63,926 nt of DNA, filler included, from Octopus bimaculoides (GCF_001194135.2; 3 parts of 3 records of this genome joined end to end with filler, not necessarily neighbours in it), one strand, 5' to 3'; counted from the first letter of the whole stretch, positions 1-13,948 are shown. Made by a program: numbers and translations. The notes: a model not told the origin generated them from the sequence alone.

Positions 1-496
1 GCCTCCCTTTTCCCCTCACCTACCACCCCACCACCCTAGGCCCGAAATGTTAAAGACTTTTTCACTTCCCGAGCGTTATACTAATACATCTGTTTGTTGT
101 CTACACTACCTGTCTTCGTCTTTTGTTTTTTGTGAATTCTCCCCAATATATTACACGCTCACGTGGTCGGACCAGTTGATCCTGTCTCCTCTATTCACCC
201 AACGAACATCTACTCTCGTATACTTCAGATGCACCTTTCCTGCCCATGGATTACACTGGACTCCTCTATTGATGAAAAATCGCTCCAATACACCACGACG
301 TTCGAAGCTCTTGAACCTTTTGAATTTTTCGCAACTTTTTTATACTTTCTAAACATTTTTTGCACTTTCTACTTTTTCTGTGGAAGAGCGTAGGCTCGAA
401 ACGATAAAGACTTTTTCACTTTCCGAGCGTTAAACTAATACATCTGTTTGTTGTCTACACCACCTGTCTTCGTCTTTTGTTTTTTGTGAATTTTCC

Positions 497-499
<3 letters not shown>
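1..499 (+). mobile_element. Penelope-like element 3' end with two tandem pseudo-LTR copies (about 37-146 and 390-499)
   Basis: Direct repeat 'cgaaa..taaagactttttcact.ccgagcgtta.actaatacatctgtttgttgtctacac.acctgtcttcgtcttttgttttttgtgaatt' occurs twice here. The same unit recurs at 38538 and at 48210, where it follows a GIY-YIG ORF. Confidence 0.7.
374..409 (+). ncRNA. Variant minimal hammerhead-ribozyme-like motif in PLE pseudo-LTR
   Basis: TTTT-CTGTGGAA-GAGC(GTAG)GCTC-GAAAC-GATA-AAG. Stem II is perfect, but the core deviates from CUGANGA. Confidence 0.35.
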
Positions 500-532
<33 letters not shown>

Positions 533-970
533 ACTTGTATGTATGTATGTACATTAGTATTTTCTTCAATCCTCTGACCATCGTGATTTGAAGCGACTAC
601 TCATACTTGTGTATTTGGTGTATATCTGTTCATGCTCGTGGAGTGATCAGGTATAGTTTTGGAAGAGATTTTCCAAGTGTTCAGAGTGGTGTTAGATACT
701 AAGCTAGCAGCAGCTATATAGCTAGTTGAGTGCTTCTTGGAGTACCATCAACTTGTATTAGGTCTTTTAGTAAGAGACTAAAATACCACAGAATTTGGCT
801 TCCTTACATTTTGGCCACGTTAAGGAAGATATGCAAAATTTATGCATTCATAACACTTTGCTTCGACTACATTCGTATAACGAGCCTATGAAACTTTAAG
901 TTTTATGGTGCGGAATCGAATTGTTATTAATAAATAATAATAGATTCAACTCTTACCAAATATGCTGAGC

Positions 971-1011
<41 letters not shown>

Positions 1012-2542
1012 AGCAATGTTAATTCTCTAAATGAAGTATTAACAGTAACTGCACGATAAAGTNNNNNNNNNNNNNNNNNNNNNNNNNNNNNNNNNNNNNN
1101 NNNNNNNNNNNNNNNNNNNNNNNNNNNNNNNNNNNNNNNNNNNNNNNNNNNNNNNNNNNNNNNNNNNNNNNNNNNNNNNNNNNNNNNNNNNNNNNNNNNN
1201 NNNNNNNNNNNNNNNNNNNNNNNNNNNNNNNNNNNNNNNNNNNNNNNNNNNNNNNNNNNNNNNNNNNNNNNNNNNNNNNNNNNNNNNNNNNNNNNNNNNN
1301 NNNNNNNNNNNNNNNNNNNNNNNNNNNNNNNNNNNNNNNNNNNNNNNNNNNNNNNNNNNNNNNNNNNNNNNNNNNNNNNNNNNNNNNNNNNNNNNNNNNN
1401 NNNNNNNNNNNNNNNNNNNNNNNNNNNNNNNNNNNNNNNNNNNNNNNNNNNNNNNNNNNNNNNNNNNNNNNNNNNNNNNNNNNNNNNNNNNNNNNNNNNN
1501 NNNNNNNNNNNNNNNNNNNNNNNNNNNNNNNNNNNNNNNNNNNNNNNNNNNNNNNNNNNNNNNNNNNNNNNNNNNNNNNNNNNNNNNNNNNNNNNNNNNN
1601 NNNNNNNNNNNNNNNNNNNNNNNNNNNNNNNNNNNNNNNNNNNNNNNNNNNNNNNNNNNNNNNNNNNNNNNNNNNNNNNNNNNNNNNNNNNNNNNNNNNN
1701 NNNNNNNNNNNNNNNNNNNNNNNNNNNNNNNNNNNNNNNNNNNNNNNNNNNNNNNNNNNNNNNNNNNNNNNNNNNNNNNNNNNNNNNNNNNNNNNNNNNN
1801 NNNNNNNNNNNNNNNNNNNNNNNTATATATATACACACTCACACGAACAAGTATATATGTGTATATAGAGAGAGATACACACATACATACATACATCTGC
1901 TTATACTTAAATAAATAAATTGCTCATTTGATCAGTTGTCAAACTCTGGAATTCGTACGCGGATGATTAACGGGTTTATCTAAAAGCTGGTTGTTTTGCA
2001 GGAAGGAAGAGGGGTTTCTTAATAAAATGTTTCGAACATCGAGTATGAGGCGGGCTTGAAGAAAAAAATAATAATAATAAAACGTAGCAAAACCGGGTGT
2101 ACATGCACAGCGGGTATTAAGTTATGTGGAAATATTCTGTTAACAATATTTTAGATTTGAAATATAACGTGCTACCCATGGCGTGATTTTTTTTCAGCTA
2201 GCTAAATGCATTAGTTGTAATTCTAAAGATTTCATCGCATATGAAGGGTTATATTTGAGTAGGAAAGAAAACGAATATTAAAATAACTAAAAATATTAAT
2301 GGGAAAATGGGTATTGCATAGAACTTGTTTATTGGAAAGAATTATAGTGTAAGAAAATTGTGGCGCTAACAAATATACCCTTGCATCAGATTTAGGGAGC
2401 AAAAATGATCGGTTTATCTAAATTGTAGAAGATTCCATATATCCAAAGGTCGAAATATAATGGAACATTATATACACATATACACATAAATATTATATTA
2501 TATTATAACACACACACGCATACACGCACACANNNNNNNNNN

Positions 2543-2602
<60 letters not shown>

Positions 2603-3542
2603 TGAGAGAGAGAGAGAGAGAGAGAGAGTGAATGAGAGATAGAGAGAGATCATTATATATACACTGTGGAGGAAGAGCTAAAAGTTTATTGATCGGATAG
2701 TGTCAGCTAAAATATAGGATAGAATCGGTAATAAGCAAAATTATACAGAAAGAAGTAATAATAATTATATAACAGATATTTTGTTTGTAAAAACATTTTT
2801 CTTTTGAAGAGAGCCATGGAGTTATGATGAAATCTGTATGGAACTTGCAAAAATTTCAGAATCTGATAAAAAAAAAATTTTAATTCGAGGTGAGAGCATC
2901 AAGTCTGTTAAATCAAATATTATTTTGCTGTGTAATCTACGTTGAATTGACAGGATAAATTAATGGATTAAAGCTGTTGGAAGAGAGGATAATGCACTTA
3001 GTAAATGTATTTTGCAAGCTTAATTTTGTACATATAATTAATCCAAGTGAGTGGTTATTTTCAGAAACGTGTTTGTCAGAAAGAATCGTTTTCCAGTAAG
3101 AAAAGAAAAAAAAACAATAAAAAGTGTTCAGTGTATTAGAGATAATTTAATGTAAAAAAGAAAATTAGTGGGTGGTTAGTTGTAACAGTAGCTGCTAAGT
3201 CTAAGAAACTGTATCGGGGTTTTGTATTGGTATGTAATAGTACATTTGGCATTCGATATCAATGGTATTCACATAGATTATAACAAATAGTTCTACACTG
3301 GTAGTTAGAGATATATAAAGCTATGTAAGGAATCTATTTAAAATAAAGTAGGATGGAATATATATATAAGACATGAATGACAATAAGGTATCCGATTAGT
3401 GGAAAATAGTTAATAGAGGATAAGGTAGAGGACAAGTTGACATGAACGGCGGAAATTTGTGCTACTTCTGCGGAAACACTAAATGTATTGGTATGCTATG
3501 AAATGCAATATAATATGAAGAGTGGCGTTAATATGTAGAAAA

Positions 3543-3980
3543 GGCTGTGTGGTAAGAGGTTTGCGCCCCAACTACATGGTTCCAAGTTCAATTCCATAGC
3601 GTGAAACCTAAGACAACTGTCTTGTAATATAGCTTCAGGTCGGCCAAAGCCTTGTGAGTGAATTTAGTAGATGGAGACTGATAGATGCCCGTCGTATGGG
3701 TGTATGTCTGTGTGTGTGTGGGAGGGGGAGATTGTATGCATATATTTGTGTGTGTCTTTGTATCAGTGTTTATCTCCCCCACCGCTTGACAACCGGTGTT
3801 GGTGTGTTGACGTCCCCATAACCTTGAGGGTCGGCAAAAGAGACCAATAGAATAAGTGCCAAGCTTTAAAAGATAAAGAAAATAAGTACTGGAGTCAATT
3901 CGTTCGACTAAAATCCTTCAAGGTGGTGTCCCAGCATGGCCCCAGTCTAATGACTGAACCAAGTAAAAAAAAAAAAGAAG
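3543..3980 (+). mobile_element. tRNA-derived SINE family A (internal microsatellite)
   Basis: Head 'gtgtggtaagaggtttgc..catggttccaagttcaattcc', internal (TG)n, tail 'ggtgtcccagcatggccccagtctaatgactgaaccaagtaaaa'. Many copies in this window. Confidence 0.8.
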
Positions 3981-4194
3981 AAAATGATTCGGAAAATACT
4001 AAATTATAATGTAACGACAAGAGTTTAAGAATTAAGTCCAACTATACACTCGTTAATATGTTGATTTTTAAGAATTAAGTAAATACAGTTCTTTTTAAGA
4101 TGCAATGCGTTTTGTGTGTAGTAAATTATGGTCGTTAACAGATAACTGTTTACGTGAGTAATTAGTTTGAATGATTTTAAGGTTTCCAATATTT

Positions 4195-4504
4195 GAGTGT
4201 AAGACAAAACTCCATTGGACACAGAACCACGTAGACAAAACACCCTAGGAAAAATTCTCTAAGGACGAAACCCCATTGGACGAAAAGACCAAAAAAAAAT
4301 CATATTTCATAAGATACCATGTCGTTGAAAAATTAAAACAAAAACAATATTGAAAACCACATTAAGTGCTGAGGTTCATTTAAAGTTCACTTTGCAACAA
4401 CCTGATGCTGTACCCCAAATTATTCAGAAATTCCTCCATGATATTTCTCTCATTAACGTAGTCCTGAGTGAGGTTTTGTCTTAGTTGGGGTTTGTCCGGG
4501 CGCA
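4195..4504. mobile_element. Mutator-type MITE, copy 1
   Basis: Subterminal GACAAAA/TTTTGTC repeats. 10-bp TSD TCCAATATTT at 4185-4194 and 4505-4514. Confidence 0.65.
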
Positions 4505-4845
4505 TCCAATATTTTGTGATAGAAAGAGGTCACTATCTCTGAATGCCGATTAAGAAAACTGATGAAGAAAATTATTTCTTAGAAATCACAAGCACAAAGC
4601 TGACAGATCTTTATATTGCTAGTATATAGTTTAACAAAATAAAATATCTTTGACTGAATGTTATAAATCCGTAGTTTTCAACCATTTTTTTAACTATGGC
4701 CCATTTTGATTCCTATTTCATTGTATTAGACTCTCATGTCCATTCAATGTCTAAAGATATCAACTATATTTTAACAACTAAATATTATTAGGAATTTTAT
4801 CTGAAAAAAATTGTTCAAAAATTTGGTGCGTTTTTATTTCTTCTT

Positions 4846-5140
4846 TACTGTTTCAGTCATTAGACTACGGCCATGCTGCAGCATCACCTTGAAGAATTTA
4901 GTCGAACATTTCAACTTCGGTACTTATCATTTTTTGTAAAGCCTGGTATTTATTCACTCGGTCACTTTTTACCGAAACGCGAAGTTACGGCGACGTCAAT
5001 ACGCCAACACCGGTTGTCAAGTGGTGGTGGGGGACAAACATATACACAAAGTCACACACTGGCACCTCGGGCAAGTGTCTTTTAATATAGCCTGAGGCCG
5101 ATCAAAGCTTTGAGTGTGGATTTAGTAGACGGAAACCCGT

Positions 5141-5176
<36 letters not shown>

Positions 5177-5560
5177 TTTGAGTGTATGTTCGTCTCCCCA
5201 TCACTGCTCAACAACCGGTGTTGGTGTGCTTACATACCCGTAAATTAGCGGTTCAGNNNNNNNNNNNNNNNNNNNNNNNNNNNNNNNNNNNNNNNNNNNN
5301 NNNNNNNNNNNNNNNNNNNNNNNNNNNNNNNNNNNNNNNNNNNNNNNNNNNNNNNNNNNNNNNNNNNNNNNATATATATATATATATATATATACGGCGG
5401 GTTTCTTTCAGTTTTTGTCTACCAAATCCACTCACAAGGCTCTGGCCAACCCTAGGCTACAGTAGAAGACACTTGCCCAAGGTGCCACGCAGTGGGACCG
5501 AACCCGGAAACCATGTGGATAGGAAGCAAACTCCATACCATATAGCCACGCCTATGTTGT
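4846..5560 (-). mobile_element. SINE family A with a plus-strand family A copy (about 5059-5256) nested in its internal microsatellite
   Basis: Minus-strand tail half 4846-5040 and minus-strand head half 5392-5560 flank an opposite-orientation copy and a gap. Confidence 0.65.
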
Positions 5561-7214
5561 AGAAAGAAGTGTAACCAATTTACTACACATAAATTTCAGC
5601 AACTCAATCTTATTCGAACCGAAAAGGGTCACGTGGACTCATACATGAACAACAGCTTACCAACAATGGATGAAAGTTGATGCGATAATGAAGTAGTGTT
5701 TTGCTGCGGTTGATGTGATTATTGCGATTGTTGGTGCTTGGTGCTGCGCCGCTGTTGAAGATATTGTTGTCCTTGCTTTTGCGACTGTGATTGTAGAATC
5801 TTCACATTGTTTGCCAACGAAATGCTTATCAATCACACAACTGCCAACAAGATTGAATTGCCTGACTCTCTCACACATGCGTACGTACATAGATATATGC
5901 ATGTATGTATGTATGTATGTATGTATGTATGTATGTATATATATATGTATGTATGTGTGTGTGTATGTATGTGTGAATATATATGTATATATACACACGC
6001 ATATATATATGTATGTGTGTATANNNNNNNNNNNNNNNNNNNNNNNNNNNNNNNNNNNNNNNNNNNNNNNNNNNNNNNNNNNNNNNNNNNNNNNNNNNNN
6101 NNNNNNNNNNNNNNNNNNNNNNNNNNNNNNNNNNNNNNNNNNNNNNNNNNNNNNNNNNNNNNNNNNNNNNNNNNNNNNNNNNNNNNNNNNNNNNNNNNNN
6201 NNNNNNNNNNNNNNNNNNNNNNNNNNNNNNNNNNNNNNNNNNNNNNNNNNNNNNNNNNNNNNNNNNNNNNNNNNNNNNNNNNNNNNNNNNNNNNNNNNNN
6301 NNNNNNNNNNNNNNNNNNNNNNNNNNNNNNNNNNNNNNNNNNNNNNNNNNNNNNNNNNNNNNNNNNNNNNNNNNNNNNNNNNNNNNNNNNNNNNNNNNNN
6401 NNNNNNNNNNNNNNNNNNNNNNNNNNNNNNNNNNNNNNNNNNNNNNNNNNNNNNNNNNNNNNNNNNNNNNNNNNNNNNNNNNNNNNNNNNNNNNNNNNNN
6501 NNNNNNNNNNNNNNNNNNNNNNNNNNNNNNNNNNNNNNNNNNNNNNNNNNNNNNNNNNNNNNNNNNNNNNNNNNNNNNNNNNNNNNNNNNNNNNNNNNNN
6601 NNNNNNNNNNNNNNNNNNNNNNNNNNNNNNNNNNNNNNNNNNNNNNNNNNNNNNNNNNNNNNNNNNNNNNNNNNNNNNNNNNNNNNNNNNNNNNNNNNNN
6701 NNNNNNNNNNNNNNNNNNNNNNNNNNNNNNNNNNNNNNNNNNNNNNNNNNNNNNNNNNNNNNNNNNNNNNNNNNNNNNNNNNNNNNNNNNNNNNNNNNNN
6801 NNNTATATATATATATATTTATAGGGTGCGGTCGATCCTATTATATCGTTCCCTACTCACTAGGGAGCAGTGCAGAAGTAAGCCGAATGATGGTTGTTCT
6901 AAATAAAGCTTCCAACACAATCTGTCTTCCGTATTAATCATTTCGAATATATATATATATATATATGTATGTATGTCCCTACCCCCGTCTCTCCCTCTCT
7001 CTCCTTCTCCCTGTCCACGAAAGACACCCAAGTTCCAACCATTTAGATCGTTGTTGCCTTTACATATATCTACATATAAATATATATTCACGCTGAGCTT
7101 GCCCGAAATTCCAATCTAAGAACTCCAGTCACTAAACATTGAGCCCCTATGAACTATAACACATGGTTGCATATGAACTTCTTAATCGAAACAACCATGC
7201 CTATAACTGTATAT

Positions 7215-7529
7215 CATATGTTCTCAAAGTGGGCGCTGAGACGATCCAGGTGGGCGCTGGTGCGTAAGGGGGTGACGTGGTTGGGGTAGGGGCGATAGAG
7301 AAAGAGGAGGCGTTGGAAGGAAGGCAGGATATTGGTGGATGCTATGAATTTATTGTAATATTATAATATTATATACAAATTAAATAATATATTAAATATC
7401 AAATGATTCATAGTATATATAAATTAGTAAAATATAAAATATTTATTTATACATAAAAATAGGAGTGGGGGCGCTGAGGGTATCATGTGACCATGAGGTG
7501 GGGTGGCCCAAAAAGTTTGAGAACCTCTG
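7215..7529. mobile_element. hAT-type MITE
   Basis: Ends CATATGTTCTCAAAG and GTTTGAGAACCTCTG. 8-bp TSD CTGTATAT/CTATATAT. Confidence 0.65.
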
Positions 7530-7839
7530 CTATATATGCTTAGGTTCTCATGTACGGATGTAGAGATAAATATGCAAATAAACCAATAAAACTGTTTGGG
7601 TTTGATATACAAAATATACATGAAAGTATACATGTAAATAGAGAGAAAGCAAAGACTGATGAATATTCAAGTATAAGTATATGGATATTTTAATATTAAC
7701 TGAGTAAAGTAGAAAGACAGAAAATTTAGTGGGGAAGGTATACATACATATAAGCATATATGCATGTACATATACATGCATACACACACAANNNNNNNNN
7801 NNNNNNNCACTGAGAGAATGAGTGAGTAAGGAGTGAGAG

Positions 7840-8065
<226 letters not shown>

Positions 8066-8412
8066 AGAGAGTGGGGAACTGAGAAGAGAGATAAGGAAAA
8101 AGACATTGATTGAGACGAAGGGTATAAAGGGTCAAAGAAATCAGCTTTTCACAAAATATAGTTTGCATTCCTGATAGAATCCCTACTGTGACATCGAGTG
8201 TTGGCCAGAAAAATAAGTGGATGGTGATCAAAATAACACAAATTCTAAAGATTTCTTTCTTTGTTCTTAAAAGAACATAAATTTGGGATGGACAAAGCCT
8301 TGTTTTCAGCTTCACACCTAATTTAACATAAATTACGGAGGTGTGGCTAGCTTGTCATGTGTTTTGATCTGAGATCGTGGGTTGAAACTAAATCGATTGC
8401 CGGATGGAAGAC

Positions 8413-8814
8413 GGGGTCCTGACAAAACTCCCCAGGGACAAAATCCCCCTCTGGACTAAATGAATGCGAAGACCATGGAGGAATTTCTGAATGGCGTTAG
8501 GGTACAGTATTAGTTTGTAGCAAAATGAACTTCAAATGAACCTCATTTAATGAGGTTTTCAATATGGGATTTGTTGTGATATTTCAAAGATACCTTATGA
8601 TGTTTTTTTATTATGTTCACTTTTACCATTTGGGTTATTATATAAATAATGTAGTGTTTTACATCTCAGAGAAGAGTTCATAAATTACAAATAATAAGAA
8701 TACAAATTATAATTTCAATATTGCTTGTTATTTTTTGTCCTCAAAGGCTTTTTTCCGATTTTTTAAATTTTTTCCTTAGGAGTTTTTGTCTTAGTGGGGT
8801 TTTGTCCTGAACTC
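8413..8814. mobile_element. Mutator-type MITE, copy 2
   Basis: Ends GGGGTCCTGACAAAAC and GTTTTGTCCTGAACTC. 9-bp TSD ATGGAAGAC/GTGGAAGAC. Same family as 4195-4504. Confidence 0.65.
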
Positions 8815-8924
8815 GTGGAAGACACATGCTAACCGGTCAGAAATACATAAAGGCCTTTTCTTAATCCCAAGTTAATGTATTTTGAAGAGACCAATATTCA
8901 AAGGCAGCCTAATCGTGTATCGTT

Positions 8925-9345
8925 TATCTTTTACTTGTTTCAGTCACTGGACTGCGCCCGTGCTGGAGCACTACCTTGAAATGATTAGCCGAGCAAATCG
9001 ACTCCTGCGTTTATTTTTAAAGTCTGGCACTTATTTGATCGATCTCCTAGGTCAAAGCGCTAAGTTACGGAGACGTAATCAAACAAAGCTGGTTCTAAAG
9101 CGGTGATGGAGACATACATAAAGACACACACATGTATGCATACATTCGTGCATGCATGTACGCACGTACGTACGTATATAAGTACGCACGTATGTATGTT
9201 GACAACGGGTTTCAACACAATTTCCGCCACCCAATTTCACTTACAAGGCATTAATGGGCGCACGCAGGCTATAGTGAGTAGAAGACAGCCAAAATTTGAA
9301 CTGAACCCGAAATCATTAACTTGCATAGCGAGCTTCTAAACCACT
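8925..9345 (-). mobile_element. SINE family A, diverged
   Basis: Reverse-complement tail 'tttacttgtttcagtcactggactgcgcccgtgctggagcac' and head remnants. Confidence 0.7.
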
Positions 9346-9418
9346 TACATTGCCAAAAATTCAAGAACATTAGACGGAATTATTTGCAGTTTATGCTCTG
9401 GTTATTTGTAGTTTCAGT

Positions 9419-9798
9419 GTGGAGGCGCAATGGCCCAGTGGTTAGGGCAGCGGACTCGCGGTCATAGGATCGCGGTTTCGATTCCCAGACCGGGCGTTGT
9501 GAGTGTTTATTGAGCGAAAACACCTAAAGCTCCACGAGGCTCCGGCAGGGGTTGGTGGCGAACCCTGCTGTACTCTTTCACCACAATTTTCTCTCACTCT
9601 TACTACCTGTTTCTGTTGTACCAGTATTTCAAAGGGTCAGCCTTATTACACTGTGTCACGCTGAATATCCCCGAGAACTACGTTAAAGGTACACGTGTCT
9701 GTGGAGTGCTCAGCAGCATGCACGTTAATTTCACGAGCAGGCTGTTTCGTTGATCAGATCATCTGGAACCCTCGACGGAGTAACAACAACAACAACAA
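9419..9798 (+). mobile_element. Full-length tRNA-derived SINE (separate family) with (AAC)n tail
   Basis: A-box 'tggcccagtggttaggg' and B-box 'ggtttcgattccc'. (AAC)n tail. 14-bp TSD TTTGTAGTTTCAGT (9405-9418) / TTTGAAGTTTTAGT (9799-9812). Confidence 0.85.
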
Positions 9799-10584
9799 TT
9801 TGAAGTTTTAGTACAAATACCGCCGAGGGCAGTCTTAGCCTTTTATTCTTTCGGAGGCGACAAAATATCGTACACTTTAAGTATAGCGTTGATATGATCG
9901 ACTCCTTCCCCTCAAATTTCTTAGTCTGTGCCTTCGTTAGAAATTATTAACTCTGTTCTCCAATGCATCCTACTCTATTTCAGATGCTACAGTGTGATTT
10001 ATTAGATATTTGGCTGCTAGTTCTAGCAGATCAAATGACAATGTAGAGGATCCGTGGTTGAATGGAATTTAGAGATGTTATTATGCATTGTTAATGTCGG
10101 TGTATAAGGGAGCAATTATCTAAATGTTCATTGAGAGAAAGAAATGATGCATATTAAACAGCCTTCCTTCTTTAATTGTTCCAATTGTTATAAATCACGC
10201 AGAGATTCCTTCATTGGCTTATTATTGACAGAAGTTCAATACAACATTGCAAATTAGTGAAGCAGTCGGAAAATATACAGTGTCCCCACTGCTGACATTT
10301 ATGAACTGTAACGCTTCTTAAGTATATTAAATTATATGGAGATAGATTTAGCTACGCCTATAGTGCAATGCTAATGACAGAATAAGAATTGATTGTTGAT
10401 TCTTTGAATTGTGGTTTCACTTCTCATCCACATTGCCAGCTGCAAACTTACAAATCAATATCTTGTGTGGGGTAACTCGCTGATGGAAACTGCGAAAGGC
10501 TGTCCCCTGTCTGTGCGCGTGCGCACGCGTTTGTTTAAAGAATGGTGTTATTGCTCATGCTGAATCCCTTTGACTACATTAATT

Positions 10585-10712
10585 TTGTTCGAGAAAAATT
10601 GGACAAAATTATAACCAGACTGAAATAGGTACTAGACTCGATGTCATGGGCTAAAATCTTTGAAGGTTGTGCTCCAGCATGATTACAGTTTAGTGACGAA
10701 AACCAGTGAAAG
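10585..10712 (+). mobile_element. SINE family A tail fragment
   Basis: 'gaaggttgtgctccagcatgattacagtttagtgacgaaaaccag' matches the family A tail. Confidence 0.55.
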
Positions 10713-10862
10713 AATATGAAATTAAACCAGTACCTTTGGTTAGTTGAGACACACAAACACCTGTGCACGTAAAGAGCTGAAACCCCCCAAATACGAACGG
10801 ATATATTGTGTTTTGACAAAATGAAAATATAAACATATTCCACAGAGGAAAATGCATAACAG

Positions 10863-11000
10863 TTGAAGGCAGCGGTTTGGCAAAGTCTTTAGACCATTGT
10901 TGCGGTTCACTTCATCCTGAGTTCAAATCTTACTGAAGTCAACTTCCTTCGAAAAGTTAAGAGGTCGATAAATTCAGGGACGATTCCAGGTCGATGAATT
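10863..11000 (+). mobile_element. SINE family B, degenerate
   Basis: 'ctgagttcaaatcttactgaagtcaactt..gaggtcgataaatt' matches family B. Confidence 0.5.
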
Positions 11001-11319
11001 ATCGGGGTTAAGGTTAGAATATTTGCTCCGATTCTTTGCGCTCTAACTCTCAGATGGTGTCAACCTATCTACCAATTTAACCTAACCACCTGCGCCTGGG
11101 CGACTTTAGTGGAATCCGCTCTGTCGTAGACGTTCGGGCTAAGTTACTGGTTTGAGGATAACTTTATCCATTTCCTCCACTAGTCACAAGAGCCCTCAAA
11201 AATAAAGGGCCATATGTGATGAACTTCTTTCTTTGACTAAACGGTAAATACTGCACAAAGAAAGGAAGCAGAAGTAGAAGCTGGTATGATCGGGTATCCA
11301 AGGAAACTTATAGTAGTTG

Positions 11320-11593
11320 CATGGGCCCGGGAACAGGGGGCGCAGTTGGTGCAAGTGCACCCCCTAGAATTTTTGCGGAGTGCAGAACCAAAATTTGCAG
11401 CCCTACTTATTTTTCTCGGGTTTACAAAACAGTGAATAAAAAAGTGATGTGTAAAAAGTAGCTTGAAATTAGGTTCCTTCTCAAAGAACAAATCACAAAA
11501 ATAAATAACAGAAAAAAAAAAAAAGACCTTATTTGTAAAAAATTTTGGACCTGGATTTGCACCCCCTAAGCAAATTTCGTTCCCGAGCCAGTG
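11320..11593. mobile_element. hAT-type MITE
   Basis: TIRs CATGGGCCCGGGAAC and GTTCCCGAGCCAGTG. Perfect 8-bp TSD AGTAGTTG at 11312-11319 and 11594-11601. Confidence 0.8.
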
Positions 11594-12751
11594 AGTAGTT
11601 GTCTTTGTAGGCAAACTTTAATTCATGAAAGTTCGTAGAAGTAAATAAAATTGCATTGAAGACACACATAATGCATGGATTTCTGTTGCTTTCTTTTTTA
11701 ATGTTTTAATTCTACTATATTAGTTTTCGTGTCGTCTTTTGTCTCTACTCTGAACATATCTGTTAAACTATATTTCTGGAGATCTTCCGTGGCTAGCATA
11801 CATATAACTCAATTGAAAACGTATAGAATAGACTTGTGATCTAAATAATGTACATACTTACATCCATACATATACGCATAGATGACACGCGCGCGATAGT
11901 ACCAAATGTTGGTAGTAAAGTTTATAAGGATGTAGAAGAACGATTTTTCACTTAACAAAGTTCATATGTTCGGTAAAGCAGGGACAACAGCTGACTAAAA
12001 TATACGGTTAAATATCCCTTGACTTACCGTAGATTTCACTAAAGCTTACAGTGTTAGTTGTGAAATGTTTAAGTCTAGTGTGACCCAGGAAGTGTGTAGA
12101 ACATTATATGATCTACGTCTATCAGGAAATGCAATCTTCCGGGATGGATGGGAATAAAAGCCCTTCAACTTATAATAGCTTTTGTTTAAGTCTACAGATG
12201 TAAGGAACATGGATTTTATTAGTGGGACCCAGGAAGTGGTTAAAAATAGAAGGGACATATATAGCATGTAATGAAAAGAAATATCTGTCTTTTTCATCTC
12301 ATTTATACGACTCTTAAAACTCTCATCTTTATTCTATTTTCTTCAATCTCCTTAAGCAGACCCTAACACATTTCCCTTTCTTTTTTTATGGACGGTTTAT
12401 TGATTTTTTCATCGTCAAATGTATGTGTGTGTATGAATCGAAGCACACGCACAATAACACACAGGCATACGCAAATTTAAACGAAAACACATAAAATCAC
12501 AAACAACACAGGTATACTCGTTCATTCACGCACTTCACCCAAACTCTCTCTCTCTCTCTTTCTCTTTCCCCCTCCTCTCTCTCTTCCCCTTCTCTCTCTC
12601 TCCCTCCCTCTTTCACCATATCACCTTTTCTTACCACAATTTTATACCTTCCTCACTTCTTCACAAAATTAATCTACTTCCCGTTTCTCGCGTGCTCTCT
12701 CTTTCTCTCTCTTTGTCTCTCCACACACACACACATCTATACATACATATA

Positions 12752-12791
<40 letters not shown>

Positions 12792-13739
12792 ATCTAGTGA
12801 TTTAAATTTCCTCTTCCCCTCTGACACCTCATCCTTTCCCTCACTTTATTTATTTCTCTTTCATTTCTTTATCAATCACGAAATCTAAAAAATTTTACAT
12901 GCTTCTTTTTTGCTCTCATGCTTCAATTTAGATAAATCCCCCATCCATCAAGCCCTTCCTTCAACCACAACCTTATCCCTACACACCTCTCTTTAGCCTT
13001 CATTTCCCCCTCTCTCTCCATCCCTATCTCCCCCTCCCATCTCCCCCCATGTCTTCTTTCCCATCCTTTTTCCTTTATTCCCGCCCGCCACATGAACACT
13101 CTTATTACCCTTTATACTCCGATGCAAACAAACATTTCGTGTGTGTTCCATCTGCAGATTGTAGTCTCCCCATAGGTTAAACATAAGAACACTCACTTTA
13201 AACCTACAGTGTAAACAACACTTACAACATCCTTTCATTGTTTTCCTATTCCAAACAGTTCGACTATAAAAGCAACAAGCCGATTTAGGAGTTTCTATAT
13301 GGTTCAGTCTTATGCTAGAAATACTAACCAAATCTCCCTCATGTTACATATGACGGTTTCTCTTGAATGAATAAGTTGAATAATGTAATCCGAGTGATAA
13401 TTTCTCAAGAACAAAAACAAAAAAAAGCAAAAAATAGATGGAGGAAGTCATGGTTGGAAATACGAGTAGTGGCTTAGATCACAAGTCTGCTTATACAGGG
13501 CTCACCTGGTAATAAGCAAAAACAGCAAGATAACGTGAATATCCTTACCTGTCACGCTGCTAGATTATGTGGCATTAACACAGAGTAAGGTCTTTGAAGC
13601 GCACGAAATTACCTCCCCACATTCATTTTGAAAGCATTCATTGGGCTGAGGCTACATAGACGTCCCCAAACTCAGGCATTGGGATCGAACATGAAACTCC
13701 ATAGCGGTGATGCGTACTTCTTAACCATATAGTAAAATA

Positions 13740-13840
13740 AATTACGAGTACATATTTATATATACATATATGTGCGTGTACATATGTGGTGAGAGATGGG
13801 CATGTGCGTATGTGTAGATATGCATATGTGTGTATATGTG

Positions 13841-13877
<37 letters not shown>

Positions 13878-13948
13878 CATACATTATACACATATATATA
13901 TACACACACGCATATATATATATATTTACATATATATATACATTTACA

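Noticed and set aside
4559-4595. CTGATGA-AGAAA(ATTA)TTTCT-TA-GAAA hammerhead-like string
   Set aside because: Extra bases before GAAA, and no stem III, NUH triplet or stem I.
9419-9495. tRNA-like sequence
   Set aside because: It is the head of a SINE with a body, an (AAC)n tail and a TSD, not a tRNA gene.
11237-11614. 125-aa minus-strand ORF
   Set aside because: It runs through a hAT MITE bounded by a perfect TSD.
12993-13331. 112-aa minus-strand ORF
   Set aside because: Driven by a pyrimidine-rich tract, with no recognisable domain or splice support.
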